NCBI RefSeq assembly: GCF_000150275.1
Contig: NW_002060953.1
Span: 1,213,693 to 1,277,692, forward strand
DNA: 64,000 nucleotides
Direction: 5' to 3'
DNA from: Trichoplax adhaerens
Lineage: Eukaryota; Animalia; Placozoa
In this document: piece by piece, positions 26,201 through 39,588 of the stretch
How the letters are laid out: every line of letters begins with the position of its first letter
Position numbering within the stretch: the stretch's first letter is position 1
Made by a program: the position numbers and the translations under genes
Notes under the pieces: model-generated
Seen by the model: only the letters and a program-made list of their open reading frames with translations
What the model was told of the DNA's origin: nothing
Databases searched by the model: none

Positions 26201-29077
26201 TACCAGTAGCAATACTAAGTGAATTAGTTAAAGATGATATAACTGGTTTTTCTGTTGAATAATGAAAGTTACCAAAGGTTAAGGATATTAAAATAGAGTG
26301 ATAAAATGGTTAAAATTAGGACTGAAAGTTGCGAAAGAATTATGAAACCAATATTAAAATTATTATAAAATCAAGCTTGCTTCTTAAAAATTGTAATATC
26401 TGAATTGTAGTACAATTAATTTGGAATTTAAATCGATAAAGTATCTTATATCTTGTTTTTGTATTGATATTTGCGGTAATAGGCTAGATTTCTACTTACC
26501 ATAAATGGTAACATGTGCAGTTCCACTTATAGTAGCGATGGTATTATTAACTCTACAAGTGAATTCGCTATCAAAATTTCGCTGCGCATTGTAAATGTGA
26601 AATAGACGGCCACCATTTGTTACACGATAGCGTAAATTAAAGACCGGAAGTCGATTAGGTCCTAGCCACGTTATATTTGGTGTTGGAGTACCTAACCCAT
26701 TGCATGATAAAGTAAAATTACTACCAGATATCACCGTTACATTAACTGGATATCCTGGATAACGTCCATAGCGATAGAATCTCGGATAAACTGTAGATTA
26801 AAGGAAGTAAGAATGTTGATTATAAAATTGACACAGGATTCCACTTGAAAAGCATGTCCATTCTTAGCCTTACCACCAACATTTACGTTAATGCTTTCTG
26901 TTAGAGGAATTTGCTGGCCCGGTCGAATTACTGTAATTCTATACCTTCCAGAATCGTTATGATTGACGTTATAGATCAAAAGCGACCCATTGCCTAGAAG
27001 CCGGTGGCGGTTAGAGCGATAAAAATCAATTTCTGTGCCATTTAATCGCCAGGTAATGTTTGGTGGAGGATAACCAGCCACTTTACAACTCACTAAGCCA
27101 GTTTGGAAGAAAGGAATAGTTTGTTGACGTTTCGTTTCAATCGAGTATCCCACTAAATACACGAATGATAAAAGAGCTTATTAGACAAGCTATATAGACA
27201 ATCTAACTACGTGAAGTACTGTAGTAAATATCAATTTTTAGAGAGATTGATAATTTAACTGTCGCCAAATATATTTAATTCTATATTCCAGAAATTTGGG
27301 TGCATATGATGATATATGATATAAAAAGCTATCATGTACGAAATGTATTACCGTTAGTAGAGGCGCAAAACTAACGAATAATGTACATTTCATTTAGCGC
27401 TGGATAAATTTGTACTGGCTAAATATGGAGGAAGTTTTCGCTGTTATAATCACAGGTTATCGAAATTATAAACCAATTTTAAGTTTGAATAAATAATACG
27501 CAAAGCTAGAATTAATCTATTACTATTGGACGAATTTATGGATGTTAACTATTAAGAAATACTACGGTTCATGATCGTATTTTGCTGATTTACAATTGAT
27601 TTGAGTTTGATGATTTAAAGGGATAGCTATATAACCGTAGCCCTTTTTTATCTTTTAAATTATTAATTGTCGTTTAGTGTTAACAAGATTACACATAGAA
27701 AGCTTTATTCCAGCATGCTTAGATCGACATAACTGGATCTTTTAAATATCGCGAATGTAATCTACAAGTCTTGTCTTTCAAATAATTCCACTAAAACTTA
27801 ATCCGAAGATTTGATATAGCATTAAAACAAGCTCGCTTGATAGTTCTATTCACAAAGTATTCGTACGTTATTTGGCTAGAGCTGTAAATTAATTAGAGTC
27901 GAATGGGTAAATTTTCTATTTGGTCTGTTAGCCTTGCCACTAGAAATTGATGCCGAAGATAATTATTAAAGATGGTAAGATTTGAAAATAGTGCTCTCAC
28001 TTACGTGTAACAAGCAAAACAAATGACGCTGTTCTAGTTTGGCCAGCGTTATTATTGCCAACGCAGGTGTAATCGCCAAGATCGCCGGGATTAAGAGCTG
28101 ATATACACAATTCTGTATTGGATAATTCTAGGGAAATTCGATTTGATGCAACAATCCGAGTGTTGTTATGATTCCAGCCGAGTACACGATAGCCATTAGT
28201 TGGTGTACACTGAAAACATACTCGGATGTTATTACCACCTTCGACGGAAAATGGAGAAGATGTCGGCTGTGTGATATCTACTTGAGCGTCTAGGAATTAG
28301 AAAAGAATTGGATTATGGTTTGTTTAAACTGTCATGATTGATGTTACTCTCTTATGCAAAATGTTGGCATAAAATCTCAATTTACTGTGGTTTAATATTT
28401 ACTTATAGATCTTTAGGACTTAAGAGGTTAACTTGTTTAAAGTACATATTCCACCTCTTTGTAATTTATGCCCTAATACTTTTAAAACGGTTATTCTGCT
28501 TTTGAAATGGAGTTTCATTATGCTAGGAACAAGTGGATCAGAATCATATCATCATCGCTACGATTTGTGGTCTACTGGTATTTTGTACTGTACTCTACGA
28601 AATGATGGTTAGAAACGTTAATGATAGGCCTAGAGCAGATCGGATACTGAACTGAATGGATTTACAACAGCTATCATTAAATTGTCATTAGCAATTTAAA
28701 GTATAAAAATTCTGATCATTATTAGTAATGCAATTTCACGTCTAAAGCAGCTTGTATATATTGGAAAGATTGGAAAGAACTATCGTAAAAATTGCGATTT
28801 CTAATTTAGTGCACAAACTTTCCGATTATTGGCGAAGCAATTTTAGATATAGAAGAACTCATCTGTTACTGAAGGGATTAAACGGAACTCAACAGAATTT
28901 TGATCGACAATTTAAAGTAGCAAGACTGGGTGTAAAGAGTATGAAGATATTTAGATTAGAAAAGGCAAAGAACAGATTAAACTTGAGCTAATCAACTCTA
29001 CCTATAGTCCTAAAGAGGCAGAGTAAGCATAGATAGTAGAGCAACCAAATTGATCGATCGGCAGGCATGACATTCAT
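23202..29077 (-). CDS. NCAM/Fasciclin-II-like adhesion molecule A: signal peptide, 5 Ig, 2 FN3, TM, short cytoplasmic tail (~806 aa if a 1-nt frameshift in the Ig5 exon is corrected)
   Basis: Exons (minus): 29002-29077 (signal), 28005-28289 (Ig1), 26874-27152 (Ig2), 26500-26790 (Ig3), 26118-26251 + 25799-25961 (Ig4), 25365-25678 (Ig5, 314 nt, frameshift), 24796-25077 (FN3-1), 24384-24671 (FN3-2), 24237-24257 (microexon SPTPPPN), 23829-24002 (TM: LSTSQLGAIIVVCIILSLIAFDLAVYYLHEKGLTAAIINICS), 23628-23691, 23202-23250 (ends FHDISF*). All GT-AG. Confidence 0.88.
23320..23380. repeat. Interstitial telomeric repeat (CCCTAA)~4 flanked by 17-bp direct repeats
   Basis: TCTATGGTTATAGGAAA (23320-23336), TGTTCTAACCCTAACCCTAACCCTAAC, TCTATGGTTATAGGAAA (23364-23380). 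Confidence 0.85.
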
Positions 29078-30569
29078 TTCATAATATGATTCTAAGAAAA
29101 GCAGCAAAATACAACATATTATTTTCGATACAAGATGTAAATAATCATATTAGTGTATGCCGAAGAAAGATTGAAAGTTGACCGTTATTGCAGAAGTAGA
29201 CAAATTGGATTTAACTATCTTAGAAAGCAATGCCTTTTAGTACATGAAGTAATAGAAGCTGTTGGATGGCCAATATCATGACACCGAAAGCCAAATTTTA
29301 TGGCAGCGGAATTACCATTGTTAGTAGTGATAGTAAAAATATCTGAATAATCTACATTCTATTGGTATAACTTTAGATTTGAATAAATTCTGATAAATTT
29401 AGCTAAAGTGTGAATAAGCGAATAGAAACTGTGTTTTTTCTTAATCAAATGCAATGTTTGTACGCTTGGACAGCTATAACATGATCGAAAGGTGAACACA
29501 ATCGCTCTGTTATTGGAATACAGCAAGAAGATTATAAATAATAATAGAATATGAAGTTGAAAAGCCTGCATTGCAGTGCGACGCGGTAAATTATTAATGA
29601 AACATGATCATGAAGAGCATAGCATCTGATCAATTTAATCTGTAGTAAAATGGAATAACGAATAACCCCGTTATGATGGCTTAAAGCCTTACTTTATTAT
29701 AAAATAAGAATCCGTATTCCGCAGTAATCCAGTTTATAATTAATTTTAGATGCTAGTTACGGTGGCTAAAGTTATCCATAGTTTTAGACAAATTAATTCA
29801 ATCTTCGATTCCATTACACTAATAAATAGCATGATAATGATTATATGAGAAAGTTGCTCTCTATTTTGGCTGCGCTATGTTATTACTGTGAAATAAGTCG
29901 TATAAGTATACTTGCTAATTGAAGAAAATAAAATTGAAAGCTGTCACAAAATGAAACTCGTTCTGTTTGATTTAGTAATCAAATGAATTGTTCTATTTGC
30001 ACGCGTATAGTAATGTTACTAATCCGTTTTTTAAAGTAAGTTTTTCTCCGTTGAATATAAAATTGTAATCCAAACAAACACTCTTTATCGCAATCATAAC
30101 CTTATTATGAAGACTTTAAAAGTTATTTTATCTATACGGTCATCAAGCTGAAAATAGTCACTGTTCACTTAATAAAGGCAAAGATTACTTACAATTCGGC
30201 TTGTAAAAAATTGGGCTACAGAAACAAAATCGCTGCAAAATCTTGTACTTCCTTTTCTTATATACCAAATGTTCAGATTTAGAAGACAGTATGGCAATAA
30301 TCAAGAAAGTCTACATTTAATGGCGTGCAATTGAAATCAAGTTTGACTAACAACAGCGTAGATGAATCTGACTAAGGCTTTATCGCGGCCTTGATGATCA
30401 TGATTGATGACGTTTAATTAGCTTAGCGTGGATTTATCCACTAATTATTTAACGAAATAGTTATTCTATATAGTGTATCTACGATCAGAAAGGATTGTAT
30501 ACTGAACATAAAAAGAATTTCATTATAGATAATACAGTAAAATGATCTTATGTAACGATTGATTCCTCT

Positions 30570-30950
30570 CTAGAAATTGTCTATTCGATCAATAGGCCAA
30601 GGAACAATAAATGGAAATAATATGGTTAAAGCCAACCCAGCACGTGTTAAAAGTAACAATAGTGACAGCAGACAACGCAAAGAACAACAAGAGAGTAAGG
30701 AGAGAATGGGTAAAAGAAACTACCTACTTGGAGTCCATAATTATGTAGGAAAGACACATACAATGTTGAATAAAACAACGATAGATTCGACCCATATGGT
30801 CGGCTAGCCTATCAATCTCCGTGAACTAGTAGGATATCGATTTGGAACAATCTATTGTCATGGCTCACAGTAGGAAGAAGGTCGAAAATGGCAAATTATT
30901 GCCTAAGAAGAGGTAAAAAATTTGGTACAAAAGCCTACATATACGAATGG
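30570..30950 (-). pseudogene. Probable decayed class A GPCR fragment (TM3-TM6-like)
   Basis: Minus frames give FSTFFLL*AMTIDCSKSISY* (TM3/DRY-like), PTIWVESIVVLFNIVCVFPT* (TM4-like), FLLPILSLLSCC (TM5-like) and LALTILFPFIVPWP (TM6-like), in the right order, with stops and frameshifts. Confidence 0.35.
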
Positions 30951-31999
30951 AAATTAATTAGATGTGAGTCATGCATGACCTGGTAATATAATCTTACGGC
31001 GTAGGAGATCCCTAACCCGAAGCTTAAATCGACTGAATTATTACTGTAATTCAATTTATTCTCTTACAACGCTTGAACGTTACCGACTACCGAGATTGGA
31101 TAATCTTGGCCAACCAACATTTGAACTAATTTATCGTGCAGTAGATCATCATCTCGGGCTCCTTTAGCCTCCTTATCTGGCTATACGCCTAATATGGACG
31201 GATTCAACGCAAGTAAATGAGCAAGACATTGGTTGACAACGATTATACAGTCGAGTAAAATCATAGCGGGACTTTTTTTCACCTCTACCTCCTATACCAC
31301 ATTATCATTTTATCCAGTCATAACTCATAGAATCCCATCTAATTAATTTTCGTGTGAGTAGATTTTTACACCAAATGTTTTACCTTTTCGTAGTTAGGAT
31401 TAGGGTTGGGGTTACGGTTAGGGTTAAGCCTTATCGTAAGGTGATAATCAGATATTGCATTCACCAGACTCCGTTAACAACTGAAAACATACTTGAATTA
31501 AAACTATCGCGACGTAAATTGATTGGATTAGTGATGAAGCAAAGCAAATGGATGACGACTAGCTTTTATCTTGTTTATCCATAATAACTTAGTGCTATAA
31601 CCATTCGTTATGGAAATATCATCTTTTCATTTGTTCCAAGCGCTAATTTGAATAATAATCATGATCATTGTCTAAATTGAATCCTTGAAATAGCATGATC
31701 TTTCATTGAAATTTTCAAAATGGTTATTTCAAGCTGTGCTTATGTTGTATAATTTATCAATAGTGGACGCAATGAAGACAATAATTGATACTCTGAGTAA
31801 TATACATATATACGGTATATACGTTACGGCTAAAACTCGATCTCGGTTAATATGCATAATAGCCGGCAAGTATGCATCCTAGCTGGCTAAAGCCCAAATT
31901 GAAGGTAAAAGTATTAAAATTTCGGACTTTAGCCAGTTATTATGCATAATAGCAGAGGAGAATTCGGCTAAATTCTTGTTTTGGCTAAACTGTATTGTG

Positions 32000-33150
32000 T
32001 AAGAAATCTTTTGCAGTTAGTTAGTATTTTTTACTACAACGTAGTAAGACTTGAGTTATGTAGAGTTGATTGAATTTTTGTTATTGAGATAGTCAATATT
32101 GGGAAAAAAAAAAAAAATTGAGATAGTCAATATTGGGAGAATTTTACTAGAGTAAATTGAATTCTTTTTATTAATAAACATTTTAGCGAGTACCAAGTAC
32201 ATCATGTACATATGATTATCTCTCAGCAATCAATTCTATTTAACGTTTCCGTTATAATCGATTGTGTAAGCAATATATTACAGATAACTACTACTGTAAT
32301 GTAATAAGATTGAAGTTGTACAAAGTTGATTGACTTTATGTTGTTGTGATTGTCAATATTGGGGAGTTTTACTAAAGTACACTGAATCTTACTTATTTGT
32401 AAACCTTGCGGCCAGTGCATCATATACGAGTACATAGAATCATCTCACAGCTACTAATTCCATTCGAATGTTTTCACCAATAACCAACTATATCGGCATT
32501 AGAGCTGGTTACTAAAGCAACGTAACCAGATTTGAGAAGAGTAGAGTTTTATTGGCTAATTCTTATTGGAATATTCAATATTGGAAGAGTTTTACTGGAG
32601 TATACTGAATCCTTTATTAGTAAACGTTTTGAAGATTATACTATTTCTATTCGAACATAGTCACGTTAACCAGCTGCATAAGCAAAATAGCTACTTACTA
32701 CTACATAATAAGATTTGATTTATGCGCAGTTTCTGAATTATTAACTAAGTGTTATTGCAACAGCCAATATCGGTATGTTTTTTAACTGAGGTATCAATGA
32801 ATCCTTCCTATTAGTAAATATTTTCGAGCACATACGCATAAGAACACTGCACAGCTACTAATTCTATTCTAACGTTTTCACGGTAATCAGTGGTATAAGC
32901 ATTACTAGAGCTAGTTACTATTACAACGTAATAAAAGCTTTTAATAGAGTACTACTGAATCCTTTACCGTTTTATCGTTAATTAGTAAATGTTTAAGAGA
33001 GTCCGTGTGCAAGTTATTATCGCGCAACAACGATTTATATCGTATTTTTCTCATGATTACTACCATAATATAATAAGGTTTAATTTGTGCTGAGTTCCTG
33101 AATTATTAACTTTCTTTTGTTGCGATAATCCATATTGGCAATTCGGTATG
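32000..33150. repeat. Degenerate tandem array, ~200-260 bp unit, ~5 copies
   Basis: Motif CAATATTGG.AGAGTTTTACT.GAGTA.ACTGAATC.TT.ATTAGTAAAC recurs near 32128, 32354, 32576, 32765 and 32935. Confidence 0.7.
32084..32137 (+). mobile_element. Poly(A)-only insertion with 20-bp target-site duplication (retrotransposition scar)
   Basis: TTGAGATAGTCAATATTGGG (32084-32103), A14 (32104-32117), TTGAGATAGTCAATATTGGG (32118-32137). Confidence 0.65.
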
Positions 33151-34999
33151 CCTAGGCAATAATGCACTATACCTAATTACTACTACAATGTAAAATAATA
33201 ACACCCTAACCATACCCCTAAGGTCTTAGCAACTATCGTAAAATAAACCTAATGGATCGTTCTAGGCAAACTAATGATCCTAGTACAAGAAGTTTCTTAT
33301 ATTAAAAGGAAAATTATATACTCCAAATAGTTTTAATGCTACGGTATTGCTATCATAAGGCATATTTCATTTTATAACTTAATAGAAGATCTATAGTTAG
33401 GCCGTAGATGTTGTAAATTAATTATAGCAAAAGATTTTGCAACGTAGGGTTCTGCATGTGCATTGACTGAAGATTTAATGAATTATTACTAGTATAAAAT
33501 CTATATTCTTTCTAGTGGCATTGATAGAGTGGAAGTACTTATTATGCAACATTCATCACTGTTCATCTTCTACCAGATTAATACTATAATGCGTCTTTCA
33601 CGAAATTTTATTTATAAATGATTGGTACTAAAGAATTTATGAGATGGTAGTCATTGGTGATAAAGGTAACTACCAGAATGAGTATTGCCTTCAAATTCAG
33701 ATTTGTTTTTGGGTTGGTTTTGTCTATTTATAAATTTAGTGATCTAACAGCTATTTTATACAGCCTTCAAGAATAGAAAAAGTGGCTAGCATTAGCTAAT
33801 AAAGTCTGAAAATGATGTGAATGGTCGGAGAAGGCGGGCAGTTTCCCTCAATTGGCTCTATGAAGCAATTTTGATTAGATTGCACAGACTAAAGCCATTG
33901 ATCTATTCAAGGGCTCGATATATCGAAATAATCACTACAATAAAGAAATTATGCCAGACTATTATTAAGTCATTTATTAATCAAGTATAACACATAGCCG
34001 ACAGTTTTGGCAATAGTCAATGAATTATGATAGCCAGGAGTGCAAATTATATTGATACGGTCATGATTTTTATTTTAAATTCTAGAGCAGCCATGTCTTT
34101 TATTATGATGTATGTTATACTCTACAGCTGCAGATTATAAAAAGATAAATAATTTCTGGTATTGTAGCTTCGTAATTTGCTTCTCACAAGAGAGTATGGT
34201 TATCGTATACGCTTGTTGTAGATAATTTTAGGAACACTTCAGTAGTGCAAACATATTAGAGCTTTGCCTCTGCTAACGCTGGAATTGATTCACTGTTTAA
34301 AAGTTAAACGTTGCATGTCTGCACCGGATTGATATTAGTTGGCACGAAAAATCTAAGAGATGTCAGGCTTACTTCATATTTTTAATTTGTATCTAGTGTT
34401 AGATGAATAATAAAAATAAATTTTAATAATCATAAATCAGTAAAAATCTAGTCAATTATCACCTACTTATTTACACTTATAACATTAAATATAAGAGGTA
34501 TTTATGGAACTTTCACGAACTAATTATAATACTATATATATAGATTAAAAATAAACAGGTGCACGATATGTCTCCCTTGTTTAATATCTTTGATTGAAAA
34601 ATCGTTGCTCGTTACGGTTATGGTGAAATTATAGCAAAGGTTCTTGCTATAAAAGAACGGCGAAAGAGATTTTATCGTCACATTATCAGAAACTGAAAAA
34701 TCCGATTGTGGTTTAAATATAATCTTGAAATAGAGAAGGGAAATTAGCTGTTTGACTACTATCACCAAAAGTGAGTATAAAAACCTTTAGTGAGTAGCAT
34801 TAAACAATCTTTAGCACGATTTATAGTCAAGATTAAAATTTATACTAGTGCCCATATTGGTCAGCTTGAGGATTCTTTAGCTAGATGTTGTGCAAATGAT
34901 TTACGTAGACTAGATTTATTTCATGATATTTTTTTTCAAATTTTCTTCCAGTTGCCTCTTTACTTATCCTAAATAAGGTCATCTTCGCTTGCTGCCAAA

Positions 35000-37900
35000 A
35001 TGTATAAGGGACGTAAAATCTATGAACTAAATTCGAGCGATGTTACTCTTGTAAGTTTTTGCAAAAGGAACCTCATTAATTAAGAATAGACAGTAGAGCA
35101 TTATTATGAGAGTAAAATTTAAAGACATTACTAATATTTATTTAATTTTGAAATTATAGTTGATTGTCTTGGCTATTTCGAGGTATTCTATTGCAGGTAT
35201 TTGAAGGATAAATGATTTAATTTTGCCTATTAAGACAACCATTATACTAATAAATTATGCGACAGATCCATGTAAAGCATACGAGAAGCTAATAGATTCA
35301 TCAACATCGATCAATAGGCTTCTATTCACCTCGAGTCCAAAGGCATTTCAGTGCGATAAAGCGTTAAATAATAATTGGTATCGTTTCACAGGAGGCAAAG
35401 ATTCTCAAGTATTACCTGAGAGCTGCAGTAAACAATATGGTCGATGTTTGACCTTATCGTCTGGATGGATGGTCAAAGAACATCCAGCAGGTTGGATTAC
35501 TGTCAAAGGCACAAATTTCCTGAAAATTGCCTGAAGTTGATTTACCTCAATAGAATCGTTTTACCAGCTACGATCAAACATTGACTGTTTTTATTTAGTT
35601 TCAGACTCGGTGGTTAATAGAACTGTCTGTTTTTATTTCTACAACAACTGCTGTTTCTCAAAATTATCCGTTCAAGTTAAAAATTGTGATGTTTATTACA
35701 TCTATCGATTACCATCAACTGCATCTCTGCCATTTTGTGCTCGATACTGCACAACGAAGCCAGGTTTGAGGAATTAAACGAACCATAGCTGTATCGTATT
35801 TCCCTTATTTAATTCCGGCTCTTAATAAGATGTCATTTTTTCAGATTATTGTAGGCCTAACCCTTGCTTTAATAACGGAAGTTGTCAAATTTGGGCTAAT
35901 GGCTATGTTTGCCGATGTAAGAAATTCTATACAGGAAGAAACTGCGAAATAGGTAACTGACAATATCGCTATAAACCATTCTGAAATCTGATGAAGTATT
36001 TACGCTGATAACGTTAGAGGCAGTAGCTGCCGTTTTTCTTACCGTTCATTTTTCTTAATTTCCGTATAATTCCCAAATTAGCTACTCTAATTTTATTGGA
36101 AGGACGCGTTATTACTCTAAGACTTATTTTTTAGATCCTTGCATCGATTCTTTAATTCTAAACGCCACCTCCCGACTGATTGGGCATAGTGATAGCGCTG
36201 ATGATAGCAATTCGATCCTTTGCGATAAAGTTAATTTTTCACCTGCTTGGTATCATCTTCAAAATCATTCAAAGTCGGTCATGCTTGTAACTCATCCAGT
36301 AGAAATGCTCCAATGTCATACTATTTCAACGGGCTGGCTAAACGGAAACCATCCTACAGGTAACGTTTAATATAGCCTCTCTACACAAATCAAGCTTTCA
36401 TAAAATTATATAAATGTCTCTTCGAACAAGCTATTGATAGAAAGATCATCTTTCAATCTAGTTACGGATGGAATCGTCCAAAGAACTGTTTGTTTTAACT
36501 TTAAGAGAATTTGCTCGTGGTCTCAGCAGATTAAAATTAAAAATTGTGGCAAATATTTTAGTTATTTTCTTGAACCGATAACAGAGTGCCAAGTTGCTAA
36601 AAGATATTGTGCCGATAAAGCAAGTAAGTTGGTATTATAGACTGATAGAACATTTATTATGGTTAATAGTCAACTTAACTCCAGCATTACAGTAAATTGT
36701 GCCATAGAGGGTGTTTTCTCACTATATTTGTAGTAGTATTACCTTATGTTAGGATGACAACAATGCAATAGAGGATTCGGTTAGAAAGAATGCGAACTAA
36801 GGTTATGGTAGTTTCGAGTTCAGTAATTCTGAATTGATTTAGTTATAATACCTCAAAAAGCGTTAAGGTATAGCTAGAACTCGAGCAAGCTATGCGCTAT
36901 TTTAGCAATGTTCTGAAGATGGTATTACCTCAGTATTGAAATATTTGAGATGCTCTCGAGTAGTTGCTATATCCATCATGGTTCGTGTAGCAAAGATCAA
37001 GAGAGAAGTTTTGGCATTGTTGTTATTAAATATTTTTTGTGTAACATTAGATAAATGCGATCCCAATCCTTGTGTTTACGGTAATTGTACGATAAGTGAA
37101 GATGATTACGTCTGTCACTGCCAATCAGGATACACAGGAATTAAATGTGATCAAGGTAAATTTAATATTACTAATTCTATATCCATTCGTTAGTAATTCA
37201 AAGATTTTACTTCAGTGGAAAATAGGACGTTTTATAGTATGCCCTTGTTGTAAATAGGATCAGTAGGCGATGAAGTGTGATTAAAAGATATTTTTGTTAG
37301 TAGATTTTAATCTTAAAACTGTGTAGTATCTCTAAGGTTGCATCGCATATAAAATCATGATCGTAATTGCTATAATCCTTTAAATATTTGCAATAGTCTT
37401 AGTTGTAATGAGAGAGCAGAATAATTAATGTAACGATGCCATGTGGCGTACAAGGAATACAGTATGTACATGTGAGAGGAAGCAAGGAATTTATATGCTT
37501 ATTCTCAATTTTTGGATAGACATTGATGAGTGCATGATCAAAAATGGTGGATGCAATAGACTTTGCACTAATACTCACGGTAGTTATTTTTGCTCATGTC
37601 CTGGTAATTTTGAGCTACAGGATGATCTTCGTGGATGTATAGGTAGGTCATTTTATTATTCTCGCCGTAGAAATATCTTGTATAATGAATACTGTATGCG
37701 AGAACACAAAAACGGCGTTTCGTAAGGTATTTCACTTAAATCTAAAGATCCTTGCAAGAATGGCACAGTTGGATTACATAGTAGAACCAGAGATTTAATT
37801 CCTGATTTCAATCATATTTCGGATCTGGTCAATCGATGTAATACCATACAGGACAACGCGGTGAAATGGTACCGAATTAAACGTCAGATCAAATGCTTTC

Positions 37901-39588
37901 CTATAGCTAAAAGACTATACAATGCTCGGGGTCAGTAACAGATATTTAATTGGAATATATATTAGAATACTACTAATTGCATTTATTGATAATGACAGAA
38001 AATTAGCGTATCTATGCTTGTGATTTTAGATTTAGGCTTATTATTAAGAGATAAGGACTAACTTCTGAAAATGGAATTCAGATTTTAGGGACGTCGATGG
38101 TGACAATATCCATAAATTCAATGTTTGCTTTCACTTTGGCTTCCCTCTATGTTCAAGTGCTAAAGTCATCAAGGTTAAACACTGTTCTGGATATGATGCT
38201 TATAAAATTGATTCTATGTCTGCATGTTATTTAAGTCACTGTGGTATCTTGACAGGTAATAAAAATTTCAAGATCTAAATTATTAAGTAGCAATCCTTTA
38301 TTAATTAATTAGCATAATGTATTAAAATAAAATGATGTTAAACAAGATGTAAACAGATATACATTATTAAATAACAATCCTTTACTAATTAACAACTGTA
38401 TTTTAATGAAAATGATTCTAAAAAGACCCATGTAGTTCCAATCCTTGTGTCAATGGAAGATGCTCATTACAGCCTGGTGGTGACTATCTCTGCAATTGCT
38501 CTTCAAGCTATACAGGACGTCACTGTGAACAAGGTTAGCGAATTAAAAAAATTTAGAACTAGCTCGAATAAATATCAAATAATAAAATAATATCATTAGT
38601 AGATTCGTATAGTACTCCTGCAAAATTCCTAGTATTAGTCTTTATATATTTCAAGAAGCAGCTGAAATGCATAAAATGAAAGGAGAACTACATAGCGTGC
38701 AATTATTTAATCATTACCTAGCCTTTAATATTGGGAAATTAGCACTTATTTCCGCTAATGATGAGATGTTTTCTAATTTTACTGTCAAATATCGCATTAA
38801 GACGATCAATAATGCATTTAATTAGAATTTGATTTTCTATATGGCTTTATGATTATACTCGAGTTGTAGAAATCCCCAAGGTAAGATCCTGTCTTGAACT
38901 GATGCTTAATGAAAAGAAACATTTACCCAATGGGTTTTATAGCATATATGGAAATCCTGAATGCGGGAATAAGCTGGCTAATCGAACACGAACGCCTTGG
39001 CGTGTATATTGCGATTTTAACTCCGAGCCAGGATATGTATGGACGCTGATTGAGTCTTTCGCTCTGAATTGGAAAAGTCTGGTCACTCGTGGGTTCTCAT
39101 ATAACCAACACTTTCCTACGGTACCAGAGTATTCTCATTGGCAACTGTATCGATTGCAATTAGATCAAATGAAGCAACTAGTCCAAATAGATCATAGTCT
39201 TACCTGTAAATCTATGTGGCGAGCGACTTGTAACTTTAATTCACGAACCCTTCCATATTCAAGCAAGCCGGTAGATTACATGCGCAGTTATTTCAACAGA
39301 ACAGATATTTTAAGTGAAGGATATTTGGGGTGTTCTTATATGGATTACCTTAATATTCGCGGATACTGGATTGAGAAAAGATCTGTACTTCTAATTGGCG
39401 ATCGAAACCGTCATACACATTTGCGAGGGACAAAATCATGCCAATACAACGATTACTTTCCAGAAACTACTGTAGGCGAAACGAATTTTGGTCTATACAA
39501 CAACATTAATACAAAATTTACTTGTACTTCTCATTTAAATGATACTACTAATTGGTGGATTGGTGGAAAAGTAGATGATATGCTATAA
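35000..39588 (+). CDS. Secreted mosaic protein: SP - D8C - EGF - D8C - EGF - EGF_CA - degenerate D8C - EGF - fibrinogen-like C-terminal domain (~794 aa)
   Basis: Exons 35000-35050, 35160-35196, 35266-35490, 35599-35763, 35845-35952, 36135-36359, 36462-36623, 37051-37155, 37520-37642, 37748-37930, 38082-38255, 38426-38533, 38870-39588; phase-1 modular exons. UMOD/GP2/OIT3-type motifs: DPC..CD..WYRFTGG..LPESC..C.T..GW...HP..V.RTVCF..CC..VKNC..YYIY.L..RYC. Last exon has RSCLEL..PNGFYSIY..WRVYCDF..GYVWTLIESF (FReD N-terminal motif). Start exon is less certain. Confidence 0.85.
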
